Assembly: GCA_040954595.2 (NCBI GenBank)
Contig: CM082578.2
Span: 3,578,831-3,642,830, forward strand
Length of the DNA stretch: 64,000 bases
DNA from: Balanoglossus misakiensis
Taxonomy: Eukaryota; Animalia; Hemichordata
Direction of reading: 5' to 3'
In this document: in pieces, positions 12,837 through 25,986 of the stretch
Numbering within the stretch: position 1 is the first letter of the stretch
How the letters are laid out: the number at the start of each line of letters is the position of its first letter
The notes under the pieces: generated by a model
Told to the model about the DNA's origin: nothing
Databases searched by the model: none
Seen by the model: the letters and a program-made list of their open reading frames with translations, nothing else
Translations under genes and position numbers: made by a program

Positions 12837-15800
12837 TTTTTTTTTTTTTTTGGGGGGGGGGGGGGGGGGGCTTTATCAGCATGTTTGTCGGATTGTCATT
12901 CTCTCGTTCAGAAAGGAAATGTTCCCTTGCATTTGTACAACTAATGTAGTGTAATTGTGTTTTAAATGCTTAATAAAGAAAACTAACACTAACAACGGAC
13001 ACATTTTGTTCGTAGTGAATTAAACGCCCCTCCCTGAATGCCTAGTCTGAAATAAAACTTATGTTGAGAAGGAGAGTTGTACATTGATTAACGTTTTCAA
13101 CGGTGTAGTACCGGTGTAGCAACGATCCAGATACGACTCCGATGGGAAAAAATATTTGAGAATGCTTTTCGCCTGTGCTGCGCCGGTGTTAATTTTCGAC
13201 AGCGATGACGGGTGGTTCAGATCCAGACCGAAGAAAATATACAGTGAGAACGCAAAGCACAACCCTGTGGTGACTTTTGATTATGTTTATCTAGGTAACC
13301 TATTGTCTTGGGTCAGTTTCCATTGTTGAGTCAATCACACTGGACGCGAGTGGTTTTCTAGCCACTCGCGGTTAGCCGGGTCTGCAACACTTCTGTCTGC
13401 CACCAACTTTAGGTTCTTTCGATCGCCGAAAAGACGAGGCGTTTTCGATTTGTGGATTAACATCCAGTACTTCTAAACGATATCAAAACGGTCATGAAGA
13501 AGACGACAAAGTCGTCTAGAACGCATATCCAGGTATAGAAACTGAGATATGTTGCAATTACATGTCCTCGACGTCCTCAATTTTTGTTAGTTGCCGTGTT
13601 CCTAAACATTGCCATTAGACGGCGTTGATCTCAAAACAATGTCCGTTTAGTGTGTGGACGCACACAGATTCTGAGGGCTAATCCCCTGTTAGCAAGAAAC
13701 AGGAAGTGCTACGATATTCGTCATTTTTAAGTTGCTGCAATTGATCTGTAGTTTGTACGTGTATGCTTTACATGTATGCATCTGTGGTAACATAAAACAC
13801 AGGTTACAAATGAACATAAATGACTGCATGTACATAGTGTTTTGAACCACTAGCATTCTTTATCTGAATTGGAGGTTGCGCAACTAGACTAGAAAAACCA
13901 GAAATGCCATCATATCATAGACCCTATGGATCAATCAAACGTGTTTGGGGTTCAAACCGACCTGCTTCCTTGCTGGTAAGCAACCGGTGCGCCAGTAGAC
14001 TAGCCCACTAGTCGCTTGGTGATTTTTAAATCTAAATAGTTAAGGTGTTTTCGATGGTTTTTTGTCTTAATAAATAATTTCAATACTTTTTGCGTGCATG
14101 CTTGCCTTGAGCGTGTTTTTGGTAGTGAGGTGAGTTTCGAATTTGGGACTGAGCTTGTGGTTTTGGGTAGCGTGGGTCTACGCGTTCCCTACACATAATG
14201 AAGCCCATAGACTTGGAGCAAGTCTAGTGCGCCAGGTAAACAAGCGCGCTTCCTGTGACCTGGCTGGCCATGCAAGCCAGGTAGCTCATGAATATTCAGA
14301 ATGCAAGCCTGGCGCGCTCAGCAAGCACGCTCACCAGGCCTGGCGAGCCAGGCGAGCCACCTGGCTTGCTGCGTTCAGGAGCAGGCGCGCCAGGTAGAAC
14401 AGGACATTCAGTCTGTAGTGTACCATGGTAAATCGAGATCTAACCAATCACAGAATTTCAGTGGGTGGCACACGCGAAAATAAAGCGTTCTTTAGAACAC
14501 TCAAATACGCCATTTCAAATATATATGGCGATATGTAAATTGGAGGTGACTGTATACCTTTAATATTAAGCTCCCAAAGCCCCCGTCATCACTATTTCAA
14601 CAAATAAAGTTGCGCGCGTACGACCCTATGTGAGCGTGACCCATATCAGTATAGACGCTGCGGATCCAATTGTTCATTTGCATTTTAATGAATTTTTGGT
14701 TATAGCCCATATCTCAACAACCACTTGATCAAATCAATTGAACTTTGCACTTTCACATCAAGCGAGGACATACAGTTCAGTTCATTTGAATACAATTTCA
14801 TACGGTTTAGACTGTCTCCGATTATAAAAGTTTCACTACCTCTTTAGTGAATTGATGAGTTGTTCAACTTAAGGAACTGCAATTTTAACAAAGGTGCACA
14901 GATGAAACATCAGTGCAACTTCACGGTGCTAGGTCAACTCAACTTGGGTCATTCAAAACCCCTTGTTTTCTATGTTAAAGTTAGACCTCTAAAGAAGAGA
15001 CTAGGAGTGAACTTTGGGGTAACAGACAAGACAAACAGACAGACAGACAGACAGGCAGACAAACAGGCAGCGGGCGGGCGGGCAAGGAGGCAGAAAAACA
15101 AAACGTTACAGATAGCGCTCTAACATTTATAACTATTTCAACATGTCCAAGGCCCTTGTCTGTACCTATATCCACAAGATGTCTCTTTCAACAAATACAC
15201 CATTTTCTTTTTCCTAAGAATTGTCAAATTTATCATTTTATTTTTAATTCTATGACTATGTACCAGTAACATGTTGCATTATAAATAAACCTGACATTTG
15301 CCAACAAAGAAACCAATTACAGAGTAAATTGAATTCTTACCACGTGTAGATTGTCTCCGATAATAATTAGGTGAAATATATGTACACTGTATGTCAAATT
15401 AGAAATAGAATATCCTGACTCTTTTTCGGATGTCGGGAGAGAATATAGTTAGCTGTACAGAAAATTAAACGTATGTTTGGTGTCACAGTACACATGCTTG
15501 TGAATCGAAAAATAGTAATACACATGTACTGCTCGTCTGCTCGACTAGATACTCGAGCTCAGACCAAAATACTGCGATCGGGTTACAAATAAGCCTCATT
15601 TGACTGTTGCCAACTCATTTCTGACCTCGGTCGTTGGCCACAACACAGCCTGTATGAAAGGGTTGATCAGCGGCAGGGTTCGCGGAATATCCAACCAGTC
15701 CCAAATAATCTAAAACGCACTTGCGTGGTAATGCCAGTAGAATTCCACATCTCCGGATCATCGTCTATAAGACATATAAATATGTCTATATGTTCCCATA

Positions 15801-16029
15801 TGCTTTACCACTGTTACCCTTTTACATTTTAATTTTGAGTACTATTAACATTTGAGAATCACAAATAATGTTAATGATATTCTCCACAGAAACCCAAGTA
15901 CACAATTACAGATCGAGACGCGGAGGTGTGGGGTGAATGGACCCCCAATGACTAATTGGATGATTGACGATGACGTGCACGTGGCCATGCTACCAATTTT
16001 CAAAATCCTAGTGTATTAGGGATAGTGTA

Positions 16030-16284
16030 GCCTTAAAATTTCGGGTGGAACTTTAGTTTTAGAGGTGTCCCCCTCCCACATTAGAAAATGTTGTAAAATA
16101 AAGGGCGCGAAACTGCAATTTTGTGGACTCAAAAGCAAAAGTTTGGTGGCAAAAGTATGTGACCCCCCTAAACATTAAAAAAAAACAGATGACCCCCCCC
16201 CCCCCGTTTTGGACTTCAAAATTTAAGTGACCCCCTGGATTTTGCCGCCCCCCCCCCCAGCCGTAAAAACAGAATGGTCCCTAA
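16030..16284. mobile_element. MITE fragment with (TA)AGGG-type end; related to 18655-18865 and 50720-50835
   Basis: aaagggcgcgaaactgcaattttgtggactcaaaa is shared, in inverted orientation at ~18780-18840. Ends in ...aatggtcccta. Confidence 0.7.
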
Positions 16285-17029
16285 GTGGATTGGAGAGGGA
16301 TAATAATAGTCAATCGTTCTTGTTGCGGGTATTATTGTCTGAATGTTTTATGTTTAGCCCGTTCGAAACGAGACTTTGTAATGGGTTGAAAATTTAATTA
16401 AGCTGTTGGAAATATTTAGTATGCATGGAATTAAAAGTGAGATGTATTGTTCAATGGAACATAAATCCAACTTCAATACTGCTTATAAAGGGACTTTTCT
16501 GCCTGCAGTTGGTGTGGTAACTTGGTACAAAGTCGCTTGTTCGACTTTCATGATCTGCCTGACAAACAGCGGCGAAAACGAAGGTATGTTTTTTGAAGCT
16601 TACACTATTCGGTAGAGCTAGTCTCACACGTGTGTGGAACTACATTTACTTTAATAATGCAATGGAGCGAACACTTTTTGTACACTAATGCCACTCTTCT
16701 TAAACCAGTCAGTACAATTTTGTACGTCGACAAAGACTTTTTTCAACTTTCACCATCTGCTTGATACACAGCACACGGTAAGGTTATTTTCATACGCGTA
16801 TGTATGTACATTCATGACAATAATGAAATGTACCAAACACAATTAGTAGAAAAATGCCACTGTTCTGAGAGAGAACAAAATAACAATTCGGATAACTTGA
16901 TACCTCGATAAAGTCTCCTGGTCGACTTTTTTTCCATCTGCTTGATAATAAACGGTGGTGAGAAATAAATTTTCTTGAGGCTTGCACTATCAAGTAGGAT
17001 TAATTGTACATGGGTGCTTTGCACATTTA

Positions 17030-20000
17030 CTATTCAATTCAATTCAATTCAGTTCAATTCAATTTATTTCACTTTCAATTTTTACATCGAATGGTGAAAA
17101 ATGTACTGATAAAGTGAAAAAAGGAGGTAGGAAAAATAGTGCATTCGCACTAGTGAAGTCCACCCCCTCATCATGGTGAACAGTAGAACACTTGGTTAGT
17201 AATACATACAAAAGAAAAAAAAGTCAAACTATACGTTTTCCTAACAAGGATTTCATTTGTTTCTTTTGACCTTGTGTCACGATTGAGTTTTAACGATCAT
17301 AGATCTTGTTTATGATTACGTAAGAAGTCATTCACTTGTATGGTTTTAGTCCAGTATTGACATAGGTACTTGACCCAGAGTAAACAATATTGTGTAATTG
17401 ATACATGTCAGAATGAGATAGAGATATCACGCGCTAAGTTCATGTTTAAGAAATATTAAGATGACGTGTTCCTTTTATGACTTAATACTTGACTAACGTA
17501 TTACTAGTAATAAGGTGTGGTGAAATTTGAGATCACACGTTTATCACCGGAGATCCGTGATGGGAGTCAACGAGCATGGATCGAGTCGTGTAATTCTTAC
17601 GTGTGACCAGTAATAAACCAGAACTTTGTGTTACTCGGAAAACTTGTTGCAAGTCTCTGTCTACGAAAGGTTTACGATCTGCCGGGTACCTCTCTCAGAC
17701 TCTATGAATATGTTGGGTGGAGAAGGAGATGGAGAGAATTTACGCCGTCAACCTTTCCAAACCTTTGCTGCAGTGTACTTTATGGAATTCGAAATAGCTG
17801 CAACAAATGCCAAACTAGAAACACCGTATTTCTTTGATTCCAGCGACACGTTATCTCTGAAAGTGTAACAATTTCACAATTTAGTAGACAAAGAGGCGCC
17901 CCCCCCCATCCCAATTGCGCAGTTGAAGTAGTGCGTGTTGAGAGAGACCTGTCGACTCGAACTCGGACGACGAGAGTTATTTAGCATGTCGAACGCTGCT
18001 CTACGAAGCTCGTAGTTACCTTCTGACCGGGACATTTGTGCTTGAACGGACTGGGTTCCTCCCGATGGGTTCTTGCCGATTGCCGCACGCCGGCGGGTAT
18101 GAAAGTGTAGGCGAAGACGTCGATCCACCGGCCGGCTGCACCGCTCCAAACAGGACCTGCTCCATGCCACTTTGAGCTGCACCGCAGTCGGATATCCCAC
18201 CCCGGCTGCCTACAGCATATGAAGGTGTCTGAGGCCTTTTCTAGTCAAAGTGTACACGTTTATAATGTTGGGGTTTTCGGAATGGAAAATAGCGGAACAA
18301 GAACATGGATATATACTAAATCATGAACGCCAAACAAACACGTTGAAAAAGTCAGATCTGAAAAAAATTCACGTGGCGTCCGCCGCTGGGCTCGATGACG
18401 CGTCAACGTTATTTTTCAAACAACGTAACCTGTCACGATTGCTGCCACAAACAACAAGTTCATGCGTAGGTCGAGAAAGTTCTCAAGCGGCCGGGTGATC
18501 GCGGCAAGGTTAGCGGCGGCCTCGCACGCCCGAATTTGCCACAGAACTATCAGTCCACACAGCAATGCGGTTCAAACTCTTCCGTCGTATTTATTTCAAC
18601 ACAAATTCAGAATACAACACGGCAGTTTGGTACGTCGTCTATATCCTACACTGCTAAGGGCCGTTCAGTTTTTACGGCCGGGGGGGGGGGGCGGCAAAAT
18701 CCAGGGGGGTCACTTAAATTTTGAAGTCCAAAAGGGGTTGTCATCTGGTTTTTTTTAAACGTTTAGGGGGGGGGGGTCACATACTTTTGCCACCGAACTT
18801 TTGCTTTTGAGTCCACAAAATTGCAGTTTCGCGCCCTTCATTACAAAATTGAAAACGGTCCCTAATTCTCATCTCAATCTCAAAAAAGTTCAACAGACGG
18901 GATACACTGCAACCCGCGGCACTAGGAACGGCAAAATTGACGTCTCTGCTTCACAGGAATCTACCGACCTGAAGTGGGAGGAACCCAGTCCGTTCAAGCG
19001 CAAATGTCCAGGTCAGAAGGTAACTACGAGCTTCGTAGAGCAGCGTTCGACATGCTAAATAACTCTCGTCGTCCGTGTTCGAGTCGACACGTCTCTCTCA
19101 ACACGCACTACTTCAACTGCGCAATTGGGATGGGGGGGCGCCTCTTTTTTTAGAGATAACGTGTCGCTGGCATCAAAGAAATATGGTGTTGCTAGTTTGA
19201 CACTTGTTGCTGGTACTTTGAATATTATGGTACTGTTATATTTCGGAATAAAAAGATCGCCTATATCTTTTGATCTGGTATGATAAGAGTGTTGAATAGG
19301 AACGAAATACTCTGAAAATCCTGGTGGAAGCTTGCCATTAAGAGCATCATAAACAAACAAGGACAGTGGAAGATCACGTTGCTTGTATACATTCAAAATA
19401 TGTAACTCATTAAACAATGGTGAAGAGTGTGCAAGACGGTCTGATCCCGCCAATACACGTACAATTCTTTTCTGTGTGAGAAGTATTGGCCTCAAAAAAG
19501 ATAAATAAGTATTTCCCCAAGTTTCTATAGCATAGGAAATGTGTGGAAGGATAAAACAGTTGTACAATAGTATAAGAATATGTCGTGGGACAACATCCCT
19601 TAACCTATAAAGAATACCAGTCTTCATACTAATCATTCTGTTGTCTCTACTGACACGTTCTTACCTCTAAAAATAACATATTCAGTTTTCTTTGAGTGTA
19701 CAGTAAATTTGTTGGCATCACACCAGTTTATAACATTTTTCAATTGTGAATTTACTTCTGAAAGATCTATTATATTTCTTGAATTAAATGTATGAAATAG
19801 ACTGGTATCGCCTGCAAATAGACGAGTGTCAAAATACCTTGCTGCTCCTGCTATATCATTTACATAGATGAGAAAAAGTGTTGGACCCAGCACAGAACCT
19901 TGTGGAACTCCACAGGATATTTGTAATTCATCTGATCGTACCCCATTAGTATTTACATGTTGCCTTCTGTTGGCCAAATAACTTCTGAAAAGATTTTTAG

Positions 20001-20170
20001 GGAGTCCCCTTACACCGTAATTGTCCAGTTTGTCTATCAAAATGTCATGATTCACGGTATCAAATGCTTTTTTCAAGTCAAGAAATATCCCGATGACCTT
20101 ATTTCCCATATCAATTTCGTCCAGAATTTTCTGTGCTAGTTCCACAATTGCCAACTTAGTACTATAGAAA
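17030..20170 (-). mobile_element. Fragmented CR1/L2-group LINE (RT region 19223-20170; continuation ~17750-17790; 3' tail ~17030-17065)
   Basis: FLDLKKAFDTVNH, GVPQGSVLGPTLF and LFAGD (degenerate YADD). The ORF resumes as NSIKYTAAKVW on the far side of an inverted-repeat insertion. (TGAAT)n tail. Confidence 0.8.
17788..19222. mobile_element. Non-autonomous element with ~250-280 bp imperfect terminal inverted repeats, inserted in the LINE and containing a small MITE (18655-18865)
   Basis: 17788-18064 is the reverse complement of 18976-19222 (e.g. gtcgaacgctgctctacgaagctcgtagttaccttctgacc). Confidence 0.8.
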
Positions 20171-21406
20171 TGCAAAGAATCTAATTCTATTTTGAACAAA
20201 AATGTATATGTAGTGAGTAGTAAATGCCAAAGAAGTCAGCTGATCAATTCCAGAAAAGTAGATATTTTACCAAAAGTGTGAAAAAAGACAAAAAAATGCT
20301 TAAAAATAGAAAATCGATAATATTAGACATAAGGTACATGCATGCAAATTTTCAAATCAATCTGACCAGTAGTTGTTGAGTTTTGACCAATTTCACATTG
20401 TCCCAGCTAATTTGCATATTTTTGGCAATGACAACTTCATTTGAACAAACTCCAATCTACAGCCCGGTCTGCATCTACTAACACACCAAATATCGAGGTT
20501 ATACGCACAGCGGTTTTCAAGTTTTTGATGTGGACGGACATGCAGACAGACATACATACCGGTACCTACATCTATACATACATACAGACGCAACTGATTC
20601 CATAAGGTCCCATGGTATATCACATAACCAAATGGGACCTAAAAATTTTCAGGGCCTGACAAAAAACTTCTGTTTGGGCCACGTCCATACCCGTGACGTC
20701 ACAAGAGGAACCCATTTACTTTTGCACCAGACTTATCACTGTACATTACAGTGGTTGAATTGCAATCACACATGACTGTGATGTAAACGGCTTTGCTGGG
20801 TTAGCCTCGGTACAACTCTGGATCCCCGTCCCGTTCAAAATAAACGTACATGTACATATACCTTATCGTCTAGGGAAGATGCGATTATGAAAAAAAAAAC
20901 ACTACTCGGCCTGGCTACGGCTATGCATTGCATGCAGTACACCACAGGCAATGGCAGCGGATGTGTATAGGTGCTCTACGTGACATACAATGATTGCTGC
21001 CTCGATAACCGCGGAATATTGCCCAGAGTCCTGGTTTAGGACTGGAATAGAGTCCGAAGCGAGGAAGCTGTCGCCGTTTAGAGAGTAACGGCAGACTTAT
21101 TTTTGGGTTTCCCCATTGGACAGTATCACCCATAGGGAACTGATAATAATTCGGCCTTGTTACTGGGTTATCACTGTAAAGCTAGCAAATACAATCTGGG
21201 GAGGATAGCGATTCGCGTGTACTTGATAAAGTTTGATCACGATAATTAAAACGAATTTTGGACGCGTTTAACATTTTCCGGTAAACAATTCATGGAATCT
21301 TTCAGGTATAGTATGGATACTTAATCCAAAAACTGATACACAACAGATGGATAAAGATTAATCGATCACTTGTTTCGTTTATAACAGAGACGCAGCAGCA
21401 AAAATA

Positions 21407-24400
21407 ATGAATGGTGTGAGCGCCCCAGTCGAGAAAAACAATTGTAATGAATGCAAGGAAGTAACACAGGTAAAGTATTTACTGATTGTCTCATGATCAG
21501 TTGCATGCACAACTATCAAAATCGAAAATATATAGGGGGTAGCCAGGCTAAACAGTAGACGGCGAAATATCAAAAGCGGGTGGCCGATTTGACGGACGAT
21601 CGGGGTGCATTATGGGAAGTGGCGACAGCTCGCTTTTCCGACACTGACCGTGGAACAACCAATCAAAATATGAACGGATGACATCAAAATGTCAAATGTA
21701 GCGGGGACTCAAAGCCACGTTTACACAGCTGTCTGTTCCACAACTACATGTTACAATTTTGTCAAGTATAGTTTCCTTAGAGAGTCAGCTACTTAGTCAG
21801 TTAGTTGTCCGAAAAGTGGAGCTATTTTATCTTTCAAATTACCAAGAATAGAAACATGTGCGACTCCGACAACCCATTACGTACCATGAATAAGTTGAAA
21901 CTACCTATGTACAGTCCCAGGGACTGTGTACCACGTGACACACATATCATGTACTTACCGGTAAACGTGCGTCTTTTTTCAGAATGTCCACCCAGAGAAA
22001 TCAGGAGTTGATTCCGAAATTGTCTCCGCCATTTTGCCTTGTTTGTTGTCCAAACCCAAGTACATCCCGGGCTGGTATCAATATGACACGACCGGTTCGC
22101 GCCTGTTCGATCGAGTAGCCATGGAGGACCCGAACTATCATATCTACCGAGTTGAGTCTGAAATCTTTCAAAATAACAATGGTGAGTTGACGTTTAAACC
22201 CAGGTTTGCGGAACGCCACATTTTTCGCTGTCAAAATCACGCCCCCCACCACTGAATGTGTTGCAACAATTTTCTTATTTTCTTATTTCCCTATTATTCG
22301 CCTTAATTCTAGACCACAGACAACCAAGTGGACGTAAGTTATGGGGTTATTTATTTGAAAATGGCAAAATGTTACCAAACTTGCCAAATACTAGTACACA
22401 GCAGACGAAGGTGATTTGCTTTCTGGAAGGAGTTCTGCAACTGGTTTGTTTAGGTGTGCACATCAACATATAAATAAGCTGATAGTCCACAGATTGGTCA
22501 ATTAGAAGTTGCCCGCCAATTGAAACAACCAGATCGCCATCGCCAATACCGATGCACTAATAGGCCATTTTCCTGGCTCCTATTTGACCTTACATCTTGT
22601 ACTTTCGGTGGAACGGGGTTGTTAAAATTCAACAAGTAACGTGTAAAATGTTGCTTGAAAAGGCGTCACTTTTGTAAGTTAAAAGCTGCAATTAAAGAGA
22701 TTTTGTACAGAGAGGCTTTAGTCAACCTGATGAATAAATACCAACCGGAAGTACGAGGATGTAAGGTCATGTAGGGGTCATGAAAATGGCCTTTGGTCTA
22801 CGCAACATTATTGATTCTGGCGAGTACTGCTATCAACTTGCTCTGTTTCAGACGATATTGCTTCGTGCGCAGGAGCGCCTACTCTTGTCGAACTGGGCGC
22901 TGGCAGCTCAACGAAGACGTTGTACTTGATCAAAGCGCTGTTGGAAAAGTACGGGAGTTTGACATTCATTCCCATCGACATTGCAAAGGGTACGTGAGTC
23001 TGTTCTATCCCACAACCCACTGTGTTTCCAAGATGGCGGTTAAGACAAACCTCCCCATATGCTAATAAAACTAGTCTTGCTGTGACCTGTGCACATGATA
23101 AGGCCAAATAAAGTTCTTGCGTGATTCTCACAATTTTCATAAATTTTGTATACTTGACATCGTTATTTTACTTCCGGTTTAAGAAGCTCTGAAATGTTTA
23201 GGGTCGGCGGGCTAAAATTAGGGTAAGTCGGGTAATCGGAACTGCACATATTTTTTTATTTGGCTTAATCAAAAATCGAATTATTGCACCATTTTGTTGC
23301 ATCTCGCCCACCGTTGATGGCGTATTACTGTGTATTTCTAAAACACATCTTTCTGCGTGCCAATTACTTCAGATTTTATCGAAGAACATGCCCGCATTAT
23401 GATGGACAAATTTGAAGGCCTCACCGTGGCGCCCTTTGGTGGTTTATATGTGGATGGCATACGCCACCTAAAGAATATTCCGGGGCAGAAACTCATCATA
23501 TTCATTGGGACTAGTATCGGTAACATACCGATGGAGAAGATGGAGACCTTTCTGCTTGAAGTGAAAAGTGTGATGGGTAAGGCATTACATAACAGTTAAA
23601 GGCCCATATTTGTTGAAGTGGGCATTTCTATAGATACAAACAATAGACAAGTGTTTATTGAGAAATAATGGGTCAGATGTGTGTAGTATATGTCCCTTTA
23701 AACAATAACACCATTATTAAGCGCTCGTCTCTGAAAGTTGGTGATATAGTGTCGGTGCTCTCGCCCCCAATCCTTTTTAGTTCTCTGCTGCTCCAGCCTC
23801 TAGATCATGTATGCAGATAACCAATTTCTGGTTTAATCACAGGGATTTATTCAGGGAATGTTTAGTAGTAATTATATGATAGAAACTGAATAAGTTTGTT
23901 GTCTGTCAACTCTGAGTCTTCTGTCTTTCTCTTACCGATACGAGTCTAACGGGAACACTGAGGCTTCTCTGCTCTTACACAGTATTATAAACAATGGGTG
24001 ATAAAATGCGCCCTCTTTTGGTGAACTGTTCCTATCGCCTGACCCCTCCAGCTGACCGCCTACATGACAACAAATTTATTCAGTTTCTATCATATAATTA
24101 TTACTAAATGTTCCCTGAATAAATCCCTGTGGTTTAATACTCAAAGGTATTAGGTAACATATGCAAATTTAGCTATAATTACCATGGCAAACTGAGATTT
24201 AGCCAATCAAAAATTTAAGTGAAAGGCTCACGCGAAAAAGGGCGCCACCATACCTTCTTTAGAACACTCAGATTCGCCATTGTTGCTATTTATGGATATG
24301 TAAATTGTAGGTGACCGTGTGCCTTTAAGTAAATAAATTGTTTGTATGGTTGACGATGTACAGTGCAGTGGTTCTTCTAAATAACCTCGACCCATACGTG

Positions 24401-25663
24401 TAATACGTGTAGGAAGGAGTATATACATTTGGCTGTGGTGTCGTGGTTTTGGAAACTTATATCTTCCATTTAAAACGTGTTATTATGATAAACAAACAAC
24501 GTTTTACTTAGATGGAAGACAACTAAAAAGGTAACTTTTAGTATAAAATGGAATTCCACTAAAAAAATTACTACTTGTCACTCTGTAAGGGTCTTGGTAT
24601 CGATGTCATTGTGTTTTATAAAACACTTTCATTAAATTTCTCCTTTTTGTCCCTTTTTTAAAATGCAGGACCAGGCGACGGTTTTCTCGTGAGCTTTGGC
24701 CTTGTACAAGATAAGACAAGGCTTCTGACGGCTTACAGTAACCAATGGGATGAGTTTACTTTAAACGTTCTGACTCGGATCAATCAGGATTTCCATGCCA
24801 ACCTAAACAGAGACAATTTCACACTCTACACCAACTACATCATTCGTGACGACACCGTTGGAATAATCGACAAACCACAATATGTACAGAAAGGATTGAA
24901 GAGTCGATGCCAACAGAAAGTCCAATTGGGTAAGTCATGTACCTTCCTCACTCAAGTCCAAACAATTATATTATGATCAACATTTTCTGTTATTTCGCAC
25001 GAATACGGCACTGTTTAAAGCTCCATTGTTTTGTGTATCTACTGCAGTTTCTTGTTCAAATTCCCGGAGCATGAAGAAATGTCCGGTATTTAGCTTATCA
25101 ACACAACATATATTTGTATAATCAGCATTATTATTGTGCCAATTTTGAAGTCAAGTGCCGACTATAATCCATTACAATGGCAGTTACACACATACAGGGT
25201 ATGTTGACAAGAGGAGTACTCGGTTTATTAGCATGTTTATTGGAGTACAGCAAGAAATTGAATTTGATACACACACAAAAGTTACTGGAAATATAGCCAG
25301 AAGTTATAGTTAATGTCCCTTTAACAACTCTCTCTCGTTCCGTTCTTTCAGTCAAATCCTAATTAATTTATTTATTTACAATAACAGTATACCAGTCTGG
25401 ATCGACCTGTCTGCCTTTGTCTAACTACATAATATTTGTTTTTATAATTTTCAGGGGCTGTTGATTTAGACTTGACTTTTGAAGAAGGGGAAGTGTTGTA
25501 TTGTCATGAAGGGGACAGTCGTAGCATTAAGTGGACGTGGACGCAGTTTGAAGACGCGGTTACCAAGTGCGGCTTTTATTTGGACAGAAAATGGACAGAC
25601 GCGAAAGAGAGCTTGGGCTTGGTGTTGATGAGATGCAAGGCACACGAGGAAAAATTGGAATAG
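21407..25663 (+). CDS. EgtD-like / Methyltransf_33 SAM-dependent amino-acid N-alpha-methyltransferase, ~357 aa; exons 21407-21469, 21983-22181, 22852-22989, 23373-23576, 24669-24929, 25455-25663
   Basis: GT-AG introns with consistent phases (0,1,1,1,1). Motifs PKYIPGWYQYDTTGSRLFD, YHIYRVESEI, LVELGAGSSTKT, FIPIDIA, FIGTSIGNI, GPGDGFLV, LLTAY, LNVLTRIN, LTFEEGE, SIKW and WTD are collinear with bacterial EgtD. The first exon is the least certain. Confidence 0.9.
23830..24135. mobile_element. MITE with ~70 bp inverted repeats, in intron 4 of the methyltransferase gene
   Basis: cacagggatttattcagggaa...gaaactgaataagtttgttgtc pairs with gacaacaaatttattcagtttc...ttccctgaataaatccctgtg. Confidence 0.75.
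24145..24324. mobile_element. Uninterrupted Kolobok-type MITE, same family as the split element at 9281/14559
   Basis: caaatttagctataattaccatggcaaactgagatttagccaatc matches the rejoined caaatttagccacagtTAccatggtaaatcgagatctaaccaatc; ends ...gcctTTAA. Confidence 0.75.
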
Positions 25664-25692
25664 TAACGCCAGTCACCGTTTGCCACACACCC

Positions 25693-25851
25693 TTTTCATA
25701 AGTCTAGCGCCCTCACACAGCCATCATGAATTTGAACTCAAAGCGAGGCCAATTGGGAAATCCCCTTGATGTTATTGGTCAACTTTCCCTATTGGCCTCA
25801 CTTTGAGTTCAAATTCATGATGGCTGCACGAGGGCGCTAGACTTATGAAAA
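25693..25851. repeat. Palindromic MITE-like hairpin in the methyltransferase 3' UTR
   Basis: ttttcataagtctagcgccctc...cagccatcatgaatttgaactcaaag pairs with ctttgagttcaaattcatgatggctg...gagggcgctagacttatgaaaa. AATAAA follows at ~25891. Confidence 0.85.
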
Positions 25852-25986
25852 GACATGGTGTATGCTGATATGATGCAACTATGTACTAGAAATAAAGGGA
25901 ACATACGCGTTCTCTATTATTTTGATCTTATGTCTTTATCTTTCTGCATCTTTTATTATAGCATATAAAGAATTTGTGAGACACTT

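Larger units (their letters stand above)
9318..14420. mobile_element. CACTA/EnSpm-type non-autonomous DNA transposon, ~5.1 kb, TA target duplication
   Basis: Perfect 21-bp TIR CACTACAGACTGAATGTCCTG at both ends, TA on both flanks, and GC-rich subterminal repeats (ccagg/gcgcgc) at ~14220-14400. Confidence 0.85.
9281..14559. mobile_element. Short TTAA-flanked (Kolobok-type) non-autonomous element split by a CACTA insertion (9281-9317 and 14421-14559)
   Basis: TTAA at 9277-9280 and 14560-14563; TIR aggtatac(g/a)gtcacct. An uninterrupted relative lies at 24145-24324. Confidence 0.8.

Noticed and set aside
13059-13650. Possible transposase remnant inside the CACTA element
   Set aside because: No recognisable motifs in the frames I could read.
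21857-21982. Alternative start of the methyltransferase at ATG 21857 (MCDSDN)
   Set aside because: Not in frame with exon 2 and no phase-compatible donor with a plausible intron; exon 21407-21469 fits phase 0.
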